NCBI GenBank assembly: GCA_041660305.1
Contig: JBAZWO010000001.1
Span: forward strand, 43,969-107,968
Length of the DNA stretch: 64,000 bases
Source: Patescibacteria group bacterium
Lineage (GTDB): Bacteria > Patescibacteriota > Patescibacteriia > UBA9570
Reading direction: 5' to 3'
The translations under genes and the position numbers were made by a program. Below the pieces are notes generated by a model, which was given only the letters and a program-made list of their open reading frames with translations, searched no databases and had not been told where the DNA came from. This document shows positions 8,745 to 17,479 of the stretch, piece by piece. Each line of letters starts with the position of its first letter. Position 1 is the stretch's first letter.

Positions 8745-9548
8745 TTATCTTTTTTTGTTCTTCTTGTTTTTTTTGCCAGCTTGATTGCTGGTCACCTTGT
8801 TACGTCTTCCAAAAACGAAAAACCGAAACGACAGTGCTACCATAGTGCTTGGATCGAGCTTGGCCATGGCCGCCACGTCCTGGATCATGTTAAAGCTCTT
8901 GACCGAAAAAACTGACCGAGCAATTTCACCAAGGTCAGGTGTCTCAATCCTGCTCCTCGGATGCTTTAACGTGCAGGACAAAAAAATAGATGCTTGCGGC
9001 TTAGCAATACGACCCGCCTCACGCACCCAACGTCGCCAGTGCTCTGACCAGTGCATAGCGTTGATGCAGAAAACCATATCACCGCAGGAATCAGCCAGAC
9101 CATTCTTTGCTGCATCAGCCACCACAGTTACAACCCGATCAGACAAGTTCAGCTTGTCAGCAATATCTTGCGCTCGCTGCAACATGACAACGCTATGATC
9201 CACGAGCGTGACTCGACCAACTAATCCCCTCGATAACAGCCACAGCTCATACGAAGCAGGACCACAACCAAGTGATACCAGATGAGTAGCTCCCGAAATC
9301 ACACCAGCAGAAAAAATACACTGCCACAATCGCGCCAATGTATCTCTCTGGTGCTGTTCTTCTTCATAGATACCGTAACTGACCGCCACCTTGTTCTGAT
9401 AACCCGACATTTCTGTGTCGGGCTTAGTGGAGTACAAACCCTCACTACGATCGTTGATATCACGCAAGAACTGCTCCCGATTACCTCGTTCGGGAAAATG
9501 AGTCTGCCAGAACTGCACGAAATCTGTCAAAGCTTCTGCTTCGTTCAC
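8745..9548 (-). CDS. class I SAM-dependent methyltransferase
   Basis: Motif I-like LVSLGCGPASYELWLL, then VTLVDHS..ML..A, then DMVFCINAMHW (post-II/III pattern). Lys-rich tail. Confidence 0.7.
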   Translation of the reverse strand: MNEAEALTDFVQFWQTHFPERGNREQFLRDINDRSEGLYSTKPDTEMSGYQNKVAVSYGIYEEEQHQRDTLARLWQCIFSAGVISGATHLVSLGCGPASYELWLLSRGLVGRVTLVDHSVVMLQRAQDIADKLNLSDRVVTVVADAAKNGLADSCGDMVFCINAMHWSEHWRRWVREAGRIAKPQASIFLSCTLKHPRSRIETPDLGEIARSVFSVKSFNMIQDVAAMAKLDPSTMVALSFRFFVFGRRNKVTSNQAGKKNKKNKKR

Positions 9549-9729
9549 GACTGTCTCCTATGACGATAGTTGCATCTCATTACACCAAACTGACTTGCCT
9601 AGTGTTTTCAACACAAAAAAATGAACAAACCTTGAATAAGGTGGTATGAGTTTATTCAAATTTGTTACTCATGTCAACCTTTAAACTTTCATATTTCCCT
9701 TATTTTAGTGGTATTTTTCACTATGCCTC

Positions 9730-9758
9730 TTGACAGATTTTAAAAAATGTATTATGAT
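9730..9758 (+). promoter_or_regulatory. sigma70-type promoter candidate
   Basis: TTGACA (9730-9735), 17-nt spacer, TATGAT (9753-9758). Confidence 0.45.
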
Positions 9759-9764
9759 GTTTTG

Positions 9765-9893
9765 TTATTTAATAAATAACACGTACCTTCCACAAAAAAT
9801 TATGGCCAGGGTCTGCAGCTTCGGCGGCAGATTGAAGAACCCAGTTAGTGAACCACTGGGAGACCACAAGTGTTCGCAGTAATGCGTTTTTTT
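9765..9893 (+). ncRNA. candidate small RNA or structured leader (three hairpins plus U-tract)
   Basis: Hairpin 9812-9831 is TCTGC(a)GC-UUCG-GC(g)GCAGA. Hairpin 9840-9860 is CCCAGT-9nt-ACTGGG. Hairpin 9875-9886 is CGCA-GTAA-TGCG, followed by T7. Confidence 0.3.
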
Positions 9894-10119
9894 ATTGTCT
9901 TCTTCTTGTACCTGAGCCCAATAACCAAACGCATTTTAATTTTCTCCCACAGTAGGCTAACAACTTACTCTATTGTGGGAGACACGGCAGAGAGAAGGTA
10001 AAAAGCCGTAAGGCCAAAACCAACTCACTGATGTGTGCTCAAAGTTTTTTCACCGCCCCATCTTCCAGATGCGGGCACGTCAACAAACCCTCCTCTCGCA
10101 GAGAGGAAAGGAGTATCTC

Positions 10120-10503
10120 ATGATCGCGAAAGTCGTTTTTGTTCTGGAAGTCACCGCTGAGGACGTGGCAAAGGCCGAGGGACGTGACCGCACGCAGGAG
10201 GAAGGGCCATTCCGTACCCAGGCGCCGTATGCGTCGTGGGTCAGAAACGGTCCGGCGTGCCAGGCCATGCAGCGTCTTGGCTTTACTGAGACGAGCTATA
10301 TGCATGGATGGCTTTTCGGAACAACCCCTTATGGGACGAAGCGAAGCTTCGGCGTACCGTTCGACCAGCCCGAGCAGGCTGGAGCGATCGCACTGTCGGA
10401 GAGCTGCTTTTTCCAGCAGGGGGTCAAGGGCGAACGGATCGAGCCGATCGAGGGTGGCCCCCTCACGGCAGAGCGTCCCTCCATCCCGGAGGTGACGTTC
10501 TAG
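10120..10503 (+). CDS. hypothetical protein (GC-rich, foreign codon usage)
   Basis: ATG at 10120 is preceded by GGAAAGGAG. Codon third positions are strongly G/C. The overlapping antisense ORF 10039..10599 lacks an RBS. Confidence 0.45.
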   Translation: MIAKVVFVLEVTAEDVAKAEGRDRTQEEGPFRTQAPYASWVRNGPACQAMQRLGFTETSYMHGWLFGTTPYGTKRSFGVPFDQPEQAGAIALSESCFFQQGVKGERIEPIEGGPLTAERPSIPEVTF

Positions 10504-10906
10504 GCGCGATCGCCCCCTGGCTAGCAGACCTAGGGTAAAAACGTCTGCTCGGTGGCTCTTGTCACCCACCGCAAGCTCACATTTCGTGGGCAGCGACACA
10601 ACGTTCTGGGGTTCGGATCAATGGACTGCTCGCAAGAGACAGCATCCCGAACCCCCACCTACCAAAAACGACAATAAAAAAACTATTATCGTTTTTGACA
10701 GAGTGGTTCACAGTAGATTTCCTAGTAATCATATGCTATATACACAAGCTGTATTGATTACTGCTTGTCAGATACTAGGGGGAATATACTCATCTTTCTT
10801 CATGAGCACTAACCTTCTCCTGACAAGTGGTAATGAGTATGGCTGTACATGAAACTTGATAGAAGAGAACAAAAATCCGCTTGTGTGGCAAATTTTTATT
10901 TTAATC

Positions 10907-11377
10907 TTAATACCATTCAGCTACTCCCCCATGATGTGAACAGGTGCCACTGCGGCTTTGGCTAAAACTATAGGTCCCATCTTTGCATTGAGCCGAAGCA
11001 CCAGATGGAACCGAATCTGCTTCATACGGACTAGGTACTGTGTTTCCATACACATTTTGATAGGTGCCATTAGGAGCATAAGTGCTAGTTGAGGTAGTGG
11101 TCGTTTTTTCAGTGGTATTTGTAGATGTAGGTGCAGAAACAGTGGAGTTGCTATTGCCGTTATTTACATTCGCGTTTACTGATTCATTAGTATTCTTATT
11201 TTCGTTACTAATATTAACGTTAGCAGTGCTGCTGCTATTAGTATTAACATTAGCAACGTTTGTGACAGCAGTATTGGTGTATGAAGTAGGTGTGGTAGTA
11301 GTGCAGCCAATAATGGCTAGACTTAGCACTAACAATACAAAAATCGAACGAAATTTATGTAGCCATTGGTTAAACAT
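10907..11377 (-). CDS. lipoprotein with C-terminal DUF3761-like domain
   Basis: Lipobox LAIIGC, an Asn/Thr-rich linker, and the C-terminus CKDGTYSFSQSRSGTCSHHGGVAEWY. Confidence 0.65.
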   Translation of the reverse strand: MFNQWLHKFRSIFVLLVLSLAIIGCTTTTPTSYTNTAVTNVANVNTNSSSTANVNISNENKNTNESVNANVNNGNSNSTVSAPTSTNTTEKTTTTSTSTYAPNGTYQNVYGNTVPSPYEADSVPSGASAQCKDGTYSFSQSRSGTCSHHGGVAEWY

Positions 11378-11552
11378 ATTTTTTGTGATGGTTGGTTAGA
11401 TAATAATTAAAATATAAAAGAGACCTCCTGTATATACTTTGAATTTAATCAATTAATGTCTATTTCTTATGTTTTCTTTTTTATCCTACTTTTTTTATTT
11501 CGATTTGTCTTTTTTCTTAAGCTATCCCCTTAATAAAATTTGCTTGTTTTGA

Positions 11553-12551
11553 TTAAAAAGGAATATCTTCAACGTTTATTTCGTTATATTTTTCATTATT
11601 TTTAGAATGTGTCCATTCAGCATTTGGATCTACATGATATTTATTTAAATAATTTTTTTTAATATTCATTGCTTTCATTTGACCAAAATATTTTTCAGGA
11701 CACGATAGCAATGTTAATTCAATAATAGCCATATTATTCATGGTTATCATTTTATATATACTTGGACTACCCACAGGAATAGTACTTTTATCCGTATGTC
11801 TAATATCTTCTATTTTACTGTTAAATTTTTTTGCTAATAGGACACTTTCGTTTATCATAACACTTAATTCACTAGCCCTGTTCTTCATTGTCCATTGTTT
11901 TGCTATTAAAGAACAAAGCTGTTCTGCGTAAGCTCTAGTTTTTTTCTGTTTTTCTTCACTACTGAATAATCGTTGGACAAGATCGGCTGATATACGAGAT
12001 AATATTTTATAGTCACTAGTAGTTTCATTAATATTATAAAATTCAATCAATTTATTTTTTAAAATATCGTCATTTATTAATGGTAATAAGGATTTAATAT
12101 TAGATGTTTCTTTTTTTGTGATTTTGTCTTCATAAATAAAAAAAATGCTACTTTCGTCAGAAAAAATATCATTAAATCTCTTAACAATTTTCTCCCTTTG
12201 ATTTTCAACGCTAAAAATAATTAATATTTCTATTAAATCAAATATTTTATAATCATTAATAGCTACTGAGGGATTAATTTCTAACGTTTTACAATTAATA
12301 AATTCTGTTAAATCGTAACCAAGTTCTGCAAGTGAAAAATTTTTTAAATTATCATCGTTAAAATAATATTTATTTGCAGTTGCCGGATAATCCAATACAA
12401 TTATAAAATTTTCTAAAGTTTTTGTTTCAACTATATATCTAATCTCGTATAATAATCTATTTCTCAATTCGTCAGTGATAAAAACATTTGGATTATTTTC
12501 ACCAATACTTCTTATAGATTTATTTGAATACCTTTTAGAAAAACTCTGCAT
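11553..12551 (-). CDS. hypothetical protein with an AbiJ-NTD4-like N-terminus (possible abortive-infection-type protein)
   Basis: The start is reset to ATG 12551 because the ORF-track N-terminus is a translation of tRNA-Trp. MQSFSKRY......I......FITDELRNRLLYEI resembles the FS.R...LRNrLWN signature, from memory. Extremely A/T-rich. Confidence 0.5.
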   Translation of the reverse strand: MQSFSKRYSNKSIRSIGENNPNVFITDELRNRLLYEIRYIVETKTLENFIIVLDYPATANKYYFNDDNLKNFSLAELGYDLTEFINCKTLEINPSVAINDYKIFDLIEILIIFSVENQREKIVKRFNDIFSDESSIFFIYEDKITKKETSNIKSLLPLINDDILKNKLIEFYNINETTSDYKILSRISADLVQRLFSSEEKQKKTRAYAEQLCSLIAKQWTMKNRASELSVMINESVLLAKKFNSKIEDIRHTDKSTIPVGSPSIYKMITMNNMAIIELTLLSCPEKYFGQMKAMNIKKNYLNKYHVDPNAEWTHSKNNEKYNEINVEDIPF

Positions 12552-12553
12552 AC

Positions 12554-12629
12554 TGGCAGGGGCGACAGGACTCGAACCTGCAACACCTCGTTTTGGAGAC
12601 GAGTGCTCTACCAATTGAACTACGCCCCT
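12554..12629 (-). tRNA. tRNA-Trp (CCA anticodon)
   Basis: The reverse complement is AGGGGCGTAGTTCAATTGGTAGAGCACTCGTCTCCAAAACGAGGTGTTGCAGGTTCGAGTCCTGTCGCCCCTGCCA. It folds as a cloverleaf with anticodon loop CTCCAAA, a GTTCGAGTC T-loop and an encoded CCA. Confidence 0.9.
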
Positions 12630-12683
12630 AGAGCCTCAATAATATAACTGTTATTTTTGACAATGTAAAGAGAAAAACAAATA

Positions 12684-12730
12684 CCCCTTCCCTCTTTATA
12701 GGAGGGAAGGGGTTAGGGGTTGGAAGGTAG
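12684..12730. repeat. GC-rich polypyrimidine/polypurine hairpin element (locus 1)
   Basis: CCCCTTCCCTC-tttata-GGAGGGAAGGGG followed by ttaggggttggaaggtag. Confidence 0.8.
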
Positions 12731-12741
12731 AATATGGTTGT

Positions 12742-12903
12742 TTATTTAATCTCTTTATGCGGCGTATGTTTGCCACACTGTGGGCAGTGTTTTTTCAATT
12801 CTAACTTGCCAGCTTGATGAAGTTTTTTCTTATTTTTTTGTGTATAATAATTGGTAGTTTTACACTCTTTGCATTCTAATTTGGTTAACCGCTCTTGAGA
12901 CAT
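12742..12903 (-). CDS. rpmG: 50S ribosomal protein L33
   Basis: Absent from the ORF track (53 aa). Reads [53 protein letters not shown]. It has the CxxC...CxxC zinc ribbon and a typical L33 sequence. Confidence 0.85.
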   Translation of the reverse strand: MSQERLTKLECKECKTTNYYTQKNKKKLHQAGKLELKKHCPQCGKHTPHKEIK

Positions 12904-12939
12904 ATTTTTTTAGTATAAATAAAGTAATTAGTAGTTAAT

Positions 12940-13014
12940 TGGAGCCACCTCAGGGATTTGAACCCAGGACCAACAGTTTACAAAACTGCTGCTCTACCAC
13001 TGAGCTAAGGTGGC
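12940..13014 (-). tRNA. tRNA-Thr (UGU anticodon)
   Basis: The reverse complement is GCCACCTTAGCTCAGTGGTAGAGCAGCAGTTTTGTAAACTGTTGGTCCTGGGTTCAAATCCCTGAGGTGGCTCCA. The acceptor and D stems are perfect and the anticodon loop is TTTGTAA. There is one U-U mismatch in the T stem. Confidence 0.85.
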
Positions 13015-13953
13015 TTAAGCCGCCACTATCGTAGAAGTTTTTTCTGATTGTGTCAACTCGGCAAACGCAATGTGCCAAAAATGGAACATAAACGTTTGAT
13101 AAACCCCTTTAATAGCTAGTAATAACACCATTAATATTAATGCGGCCAATATGCCAATAATAATCATTACTGCCCAAGCCGAGGCACTGTAAGTAATAAA
13201 ACCTAAAATAGCTGTAGGAATAATAATAATTAATATGCCTAAAATAGTAGCTAAACCAACTACTAAACCAGCTAACAATGTCATAAGATAACACAACACA
13301 TTATCACTTAACCGCGTTTTTAATAACTGCCAAGCGGATTTTATGCTTTCAATAATGCCTTGTTGTTGAAACACTAAAAATTGCCGAGCCTGCATTAAGA
13401 TAATTTGCACAGCAATACCAAATGGAATAAGTAATATTACTAATACAATTACAGCTGGAATCACTACAATTAAACCAACTATGGTAATGCCTAATAATAT
13501 TAACGGCACGGCAATAATCATAGCACCCAATACGATACTGCCTTTTATTACTATATGTAGGCCTAATACTTTCCAAAAATTAGCTAAACCAAATTTAAAT
13601 AATTCTCCAAATTTTAACGTTTGATTGGTTCTAGCTAACTGCGCACCACGAAACATGCCACCAACCGCAATATTATGTAACACTACACGAACAATAATTA
13701 AAGCAATCACTAATAAACCAAGAATAATTAACATCCACCACAAATTAGAGGTAATGTAATCCAGCGCATAATTAAATTCACTATTTACATCGTTATTCCA
13801 TAATTGCTCATAATTTGTACCTGAACCAATATTACCAGGAATGTTTACATTACAACCACTACTACTACCAGCCACAAACAACCCTAATAGCCACATTATT
13901 TTAGTGCGTTTAGTAGCCGCTAACGCTTGTTTTAATATGTTTGTGTATTCCAT
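13015..13953 (-). CDS. hypothetical polytopic membrane protein
   Basis: 312-aa ORF with about 6 hydrophobic helices. Its stop abuts tRNA-Thr. Confidence 0.5.
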   Translation of the reverse strand: MEYTNILKQALAATKRTKIMWLLGLFVAGSSSGCNVNIPGNIGSGTNYEQLWNNDVNSEFNYALDYITSNLWWMLIILGLLVIALIIVRVVLHNIAVGGMFRGAQLARTNQTLKFGELFKFGLANFWKVLGLHIVIKGSIVLGAMIIAVPLILLGITIVGLIVVIPAVIVLVILLIPFGIAVQIILMQARQFLVFQQQGIIESIKSAWQLLKTRLSDNVLCYLMTLLAGLVVGLATILGILIIIIPTAILGFITYSASAWAVMIIIGILAALILMVLLLAIKGVYQTFMFHFWHIAFAELTQSEKTSTIVAA

Positions 13954-15058
13954 AATTAAAAAAAATTATATTATTTCTTAAATAACTCTCCACGAACCCG
14001 TTTAAATTTCCATCTAATACTTTTTGTGGCTCGGTTTCTTCGTAATCAGTGCGGTGATCTTTTACTAATTTGTATGGATGCAATACATACGACCGAATTT
14101 GATTACCCCATTCGGCCGAAGTGTACTCGCCGCGTAATTTTAATTTTTCTACCTGTTCAGTTTCTAACTGTTTTTTATGTAGCTTGGCTTTTAAAATCTT
14201 CATGGCTGAAGCTTTGTTTTGGTGTTGCGAGCGCTCGTTTTGACAAGTTACCACAATACCGGTAGCTAAATGAGTAATACGCACCGCGGAATCGGTAGTA
14301 TTTACGCCTTGACCACCATGGCCACCGGCGCGATACACATCTATGCGAATATCTTCATCTTTAATAGTAACCGGACTAGCTTCGCCCAAATCGGGCAACA
14401 CTTCAATTAAGGCAAATGAGGTTTGGCGTAAGGCATCGGCGTTAAACGGTGATTGCCGCACCAATCTGTGTACACCATGCTCGCTTTTTAAATAACCATA
14501 AGCGTAACGGCCAGCCACTTCTAACATGGCCGATTTAATACCGGCTTCATTACCACGCGAAACATGTACTGTGCGCACCGAAAAATTTCGTTGTTCACAA
14601 TACCGTAATATCATGCGTAATAACATTTCTGCCCAATCCTGCGCATCTACTCCCCCGGCGCCAGCGTGAATGCCAACTAACGCCGAAACTGTATCGTATT
14701 TACCATTTAATAAAATATGAAACTCTAATTCATTAAATTGACGCTGGGCTTGAGTAAATTTTTCGGTAATTTCGGCGGCAAAGCTAGCATCTTGTTCAGC
14801 GGATGTTTCAGTAGCTAATTCTAATAGCGTAGTTAGTTCTTCTTGTAATTTGTGCCAAATATCTAATTCTTGTTGTAAATCCTTTACCTCTTTACTTACT
14901 GTCTGCGCATGTGGTGGATCCTGCCAAAATTCTGGTAATGTCATTTCCTGTTCCAAGGCCGCTAACCGCGCCCGCATACCGGTAATATTTAGCTGTTGTG
15001 CCACCACGGTCATACGTTCTAACAACGTTTTAGCAGATTGAACAATATCGTGCATCAT
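13910..15058 (-). CDS. prfB: peptide chain release factor 2
   Basis: Carries the SPF tripeptide (RQSPFNA) and the GGQ motif (GGHGGQGVNTTDSAVRITH..TGIVV.CQNERSQHQNK). The reading frame is uninterrupted, with no programmed frameshift. Confidence 0.9.
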   Translation of the reverse strand: MMHDIVQSAKTLLERMTVVAQQLNITGMRARLAALEQEMTLPEFWQDPPHAQTVSKEVKDLQQELDIWHKLQEELTTLLELATETSAEQDASFAAEITEKFTQAQRQFNELEFHILLNGKYDTVSALVGIHAGAGGVDAQDWAEMLLRMILRYCEQRNFSVRTVHVSRGNEAGIKSAMLEVAGRYAYGYLKSEHGVHRLVRQSPFNADALRQTSFALIEVLPDLGEASPVTIKDEDIRIDVYRAGGHGGQGVNTTDSAVRITHLATGIVVTCQNERSQHQNKASAMKILKAKLHKKQLETEQVEKLKLRGEYTSAEWGNQIRSYVLHPYKLVKDHRTDYEETEPQKVLDGNLNGFVESYLRNNIIFFNYGIHKHIKTSVSGY

Positions 15059-15089
15059 ATAAAAAATATGGTATACTACTAACTAGTAT

Positions 15090-17108
15090 ATGTCTAGACA
15101 AACTCGTGTTATTATTGGGCTAATCTGTGCCGTGATTGTATTCGGTGTTATTGGCTTAGCCGGTTATCGTTATTGGCAAAATCGCGCGGCTCAACAAGCT
15201 AAAGAAGCCGAATTAGCCGCCCAACCTACGGCTGCATCATTATTAGCCAGTCCAAATAAAAAAATTCTATTTTTAGCAGAAACTCGGCAAATACCAGTAC
15301 AACGCACCCTCTATTTACACGACGTTATTTCTCTTGAAACTATCCCATTGCTTGAGAATGTTGCTCAACCATGGAGTAATTATTTAGTTGCTAGCAATAC
15401 TTGGTACGGCATAGAAAAAAATCAGTTAATCCAACACAGTTTAAGCGCTACTGGTATAACTACTAACACGTTAGCTACCGTACAACACGCGCCTAATGCT
15501 AGCATAAATATAGCTGCTAATTCTGAAACAAATACTATCGCTTGGGTAAGCGGCACCGCTAAACAACAACATATTATCAGTTACAATATTAATACCGCCA
15601 CCGAAACTGATTTATTCGGCAATGAAACTAGCGAAAGTTTTTTTAATTTAAGCTGGTCGCCAGACGGTCAAAATCTAGCATTCACTAATAGCCTTAATCA
15701 ATTAATTATTGTTACTGCCCAAGGCGCTCAATTAGAAAATCCTACTAAGCTAGATTACACCACGTTTAATTCAGTGCATTGGTTAGATAATAATACACTA
15801 AGCACTGTACTAACTAGCACTAAAGATAATCCTAAACCATTTGTTCCAAAACTAGTGCTAATTAATAAAACTGGTACGATATTAGAAGAACATACTGTCT
15901 TCAACAATATTGGCGTGCCAATTGTATTATGGGATAACACCGCTACTAATTTTATGTTTTATAATCCATGGATTAGTCAATTCGTTACTTATACTCGGTT
16001 TAACGAACTAATTAGCTCTGTGCCGAGTAATAATATTAATAACGTTATTCCATTTGGCTGGATTCCCGGTACCGATCAAATTTATCAAGCTAACACAATC
16101 GCTAATTATTTATATGGCAATACTAACATTACTAACAATCTAAATAATAATGCTAACGTTGCTCCTAATAAGCCTTTTAACGTTACCGCTGAACAATGGG
16201 ATTATTATAATCAAGCTGTCCGAACTATCTTAAATCAGTTTGCTGTGGATTTTTCTACTTATCGTTTTGCCGTTAACGATACTGGTATCGCCATTAGTAT
16301 TGCTGCAAAACCAGAAGAAACTAAACCAGAAAAAATATTAGTGCAAACCACATTGCAGGCTTTGGCGGTATTACCAGATGTACCGGCCGTTTCTTTCCAA
16401 TTAACCAATAATAATGAACCAATTTTGAGTGTAAATAATCTTACCAAAACTTCAGCCGAACAAATCGCACTTGATTTTACTAAACAACCATTAAATAATT
16501 TATTTATTATCACTCCAGAACAGCCTTATGGTGTAGTAGCTCCTAAAACTAATAATCCAACACAAAATTATTTAGGCGATTTATTATACGCTAATACTGG
16601 TGAATATAATCCGGTACCAGTGCTAGCCGCCCTGCAAGCTACCATTCCACAACAACGTTATATTGCTACAACACGTTATGCGTTATCTATACCAACCGAT
16701 TGGGAAACTAGCGATTTAAAAACCCTAGTTGGAGCTCCGTACGAAACCGATGATTTGTTACTAAAAAACGCCGAAACTACCTTTGTCTCCAATTCGGTTT
16801 GGACCGGATTTTCCGTTACCATACGCCAATATTCATTACCAAAAGATATTGGCTTAAACGAATGGCTACAAGTGAACCGCCGTGATAACGAAACCACTGA
16901 TATTGCCGCTACATCATTGCCTGAACCACTCACCGGCCAACAAATTATTACTAATAATCCAAATAATATTGAGTATGTGTTATCAGCCAACAGTATGATT
17001 TTTGTAATTAATTTAGACCGGACTACTGGCGTTACTGAAACCGACGCTAGCACAGCCCAAAAAATAATTAGCTCGTTTTCTGATTTAACCGCTTTTCAGC
17101 CTGAATAA
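15090..17108 (+). CDS. hypothetical membrane-anchored extracytoplasmic protein (PD40/TolB-like repeat hint)
   Basis: N-terminal TM anchor. LSWSPDGQNLAF is a PD40-type repeat signature. Otherwise unassigned. Confidence 0.5.
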   Translation: MSRQTRVIIGLICAVIVFGVIGLAGYRYWQNRAAQQAKEAELAAQPTAASLLASPNKKILFLAETRQIPVQRTLYLHDVISLETIPLLENVAQPWSNYLVASNTWYGIEKNQLIQHSLSATGITTNTLATVQHAPNASINIAANSETNTIAWVSGTAKQQHIISYNINTATETDLFGNETSESFFNLSWSPDGQNLAFTNSLNQLIIVTAQGAQLENPTKLDYTTFNSVHWLDNNTLSTVLTSTKDNPKPFVPKLVLINKTGTILEEHTVFNNIGVPIVLWDNTATNFMFYNPWISQFVTYTRFNELISSVPSNNINNVIPFGWIPGTDQIYQANTIANYLYGNTNITNNLNNNANVAPNKPFNVTAEQWDYYNQAVRTILNQFAVDFSTYRFAVNDTGIAISIAAKPEETKPEKILVQTTLQALAVLPDVPAVSFQLTNNNEPILSVNNLTKTSAEQIALDFTKQPLNNLFIITPEQPYGVVAPKTNNPTQNYLGDLLYANTGEYNPVPVLAALQATIPQQRYIATTRYALSIPTDWETSDLKTLVGAPYETDDLLLKNAETTFVSNSVWTGFSVTIRQYSLPKDIGLNEWLQVNRRDNETTDIAATSLPEPLTGQQIITNNPNNIEYVLSANSMIFVINLDRTTGVTETDASTAQKIISSFSDLTAFQPE

Positions 17109-17134
17109 TTTTTTTAATATTATTTATTATATCT

Positions 17135-17479
17135 ATGCCATTTAATGTTATTAAAGAGTTTGAATTTTCCGCCGCTCATTTTTTAACTAAATATCATGGT
17201 AAATGCGAAAACTTACACGGCCATAATTACAAATTAGCCGTTACTGTAAGTGAAAATTTGCAAGCCGATGATATGGTAGTAGATTTTGTAGACCTAAAAG
17301 ACATTGTTAATAATCATGTTATTAAAGTTTTAGATCACACTAATTTAAACGACCGGTTTCCTAACCCAACGTGCGAACTAATTGCTCAATGGATTTTCCG
17401 CACCTTAATACCTCATTTACCGGTTACTCAAGTACAACTTTGGGAAACGTCTACTTCGTCGGTTATTTACCATGAGTAA
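17135..17479 (+). CDS. 6-pyruvoyl-tetrahydropterin synthase / QueD-family protein
   Basis: Reads EFEFSAAHFL..YHGKCENLHGHNYKLAVTV (the CxxxHGH zinc site). It lies directly upstream of folK-folE-folP. Confidence 0.8.
   Translation: MPFNVIKEFEFSAAHFLTKYHGKCENLHGHNYKLAVTVSENLQADDMVVDFVDLKDIVNNHVIKVLDHTNLNDRFPNPTCELIAQWIFRTLIPHLPVTQVQLWETSTSSVIYHE

Larger units (their letters stand above)
7860..10700. other. compositionally foreign GC-rich block (~2.8 kb)
   Basis: Sharp change from A/T-rich flanks. Line 10381-10440 counts 37/60 G+C, against 8/60 for line 12001-12060 in the neighbouring gene. ORFs inside the block use G/C-ending codons. Confidence 0.7.

Noticed and set aside
10039-10599. 186-aa minus-strand ORF and several other ORFs overlapping the GC-rich region (10080..10268, 10139..10495, 10308..10538, 10559..10852)
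   Set aside because: High GC content generates long open frames on all strands. Only the plus-strand frame from ATG 10120 has a strong RBS and G/C-biased third positions. The others are treated as shadow ORFs.
12552-12614. N-terminal extension MVEHSSPKRGVAGSSPVAPAS of ORF 11553..12614
   Set aside because: This stretch is the reverse-strand translation of tRNA-Trp. The gene start was moved to ATG 12551.
13910-15058. Programmed +1 frameshift in prfB
   Set aside because: The RF2 reading frame is continuous from its start, with no internal in-frame UGA near codon ~25. Many bacteria lack the frameshift, so this is unremarkable. The useful point is that RF2 plus TGA stops argue against UGA recoding.
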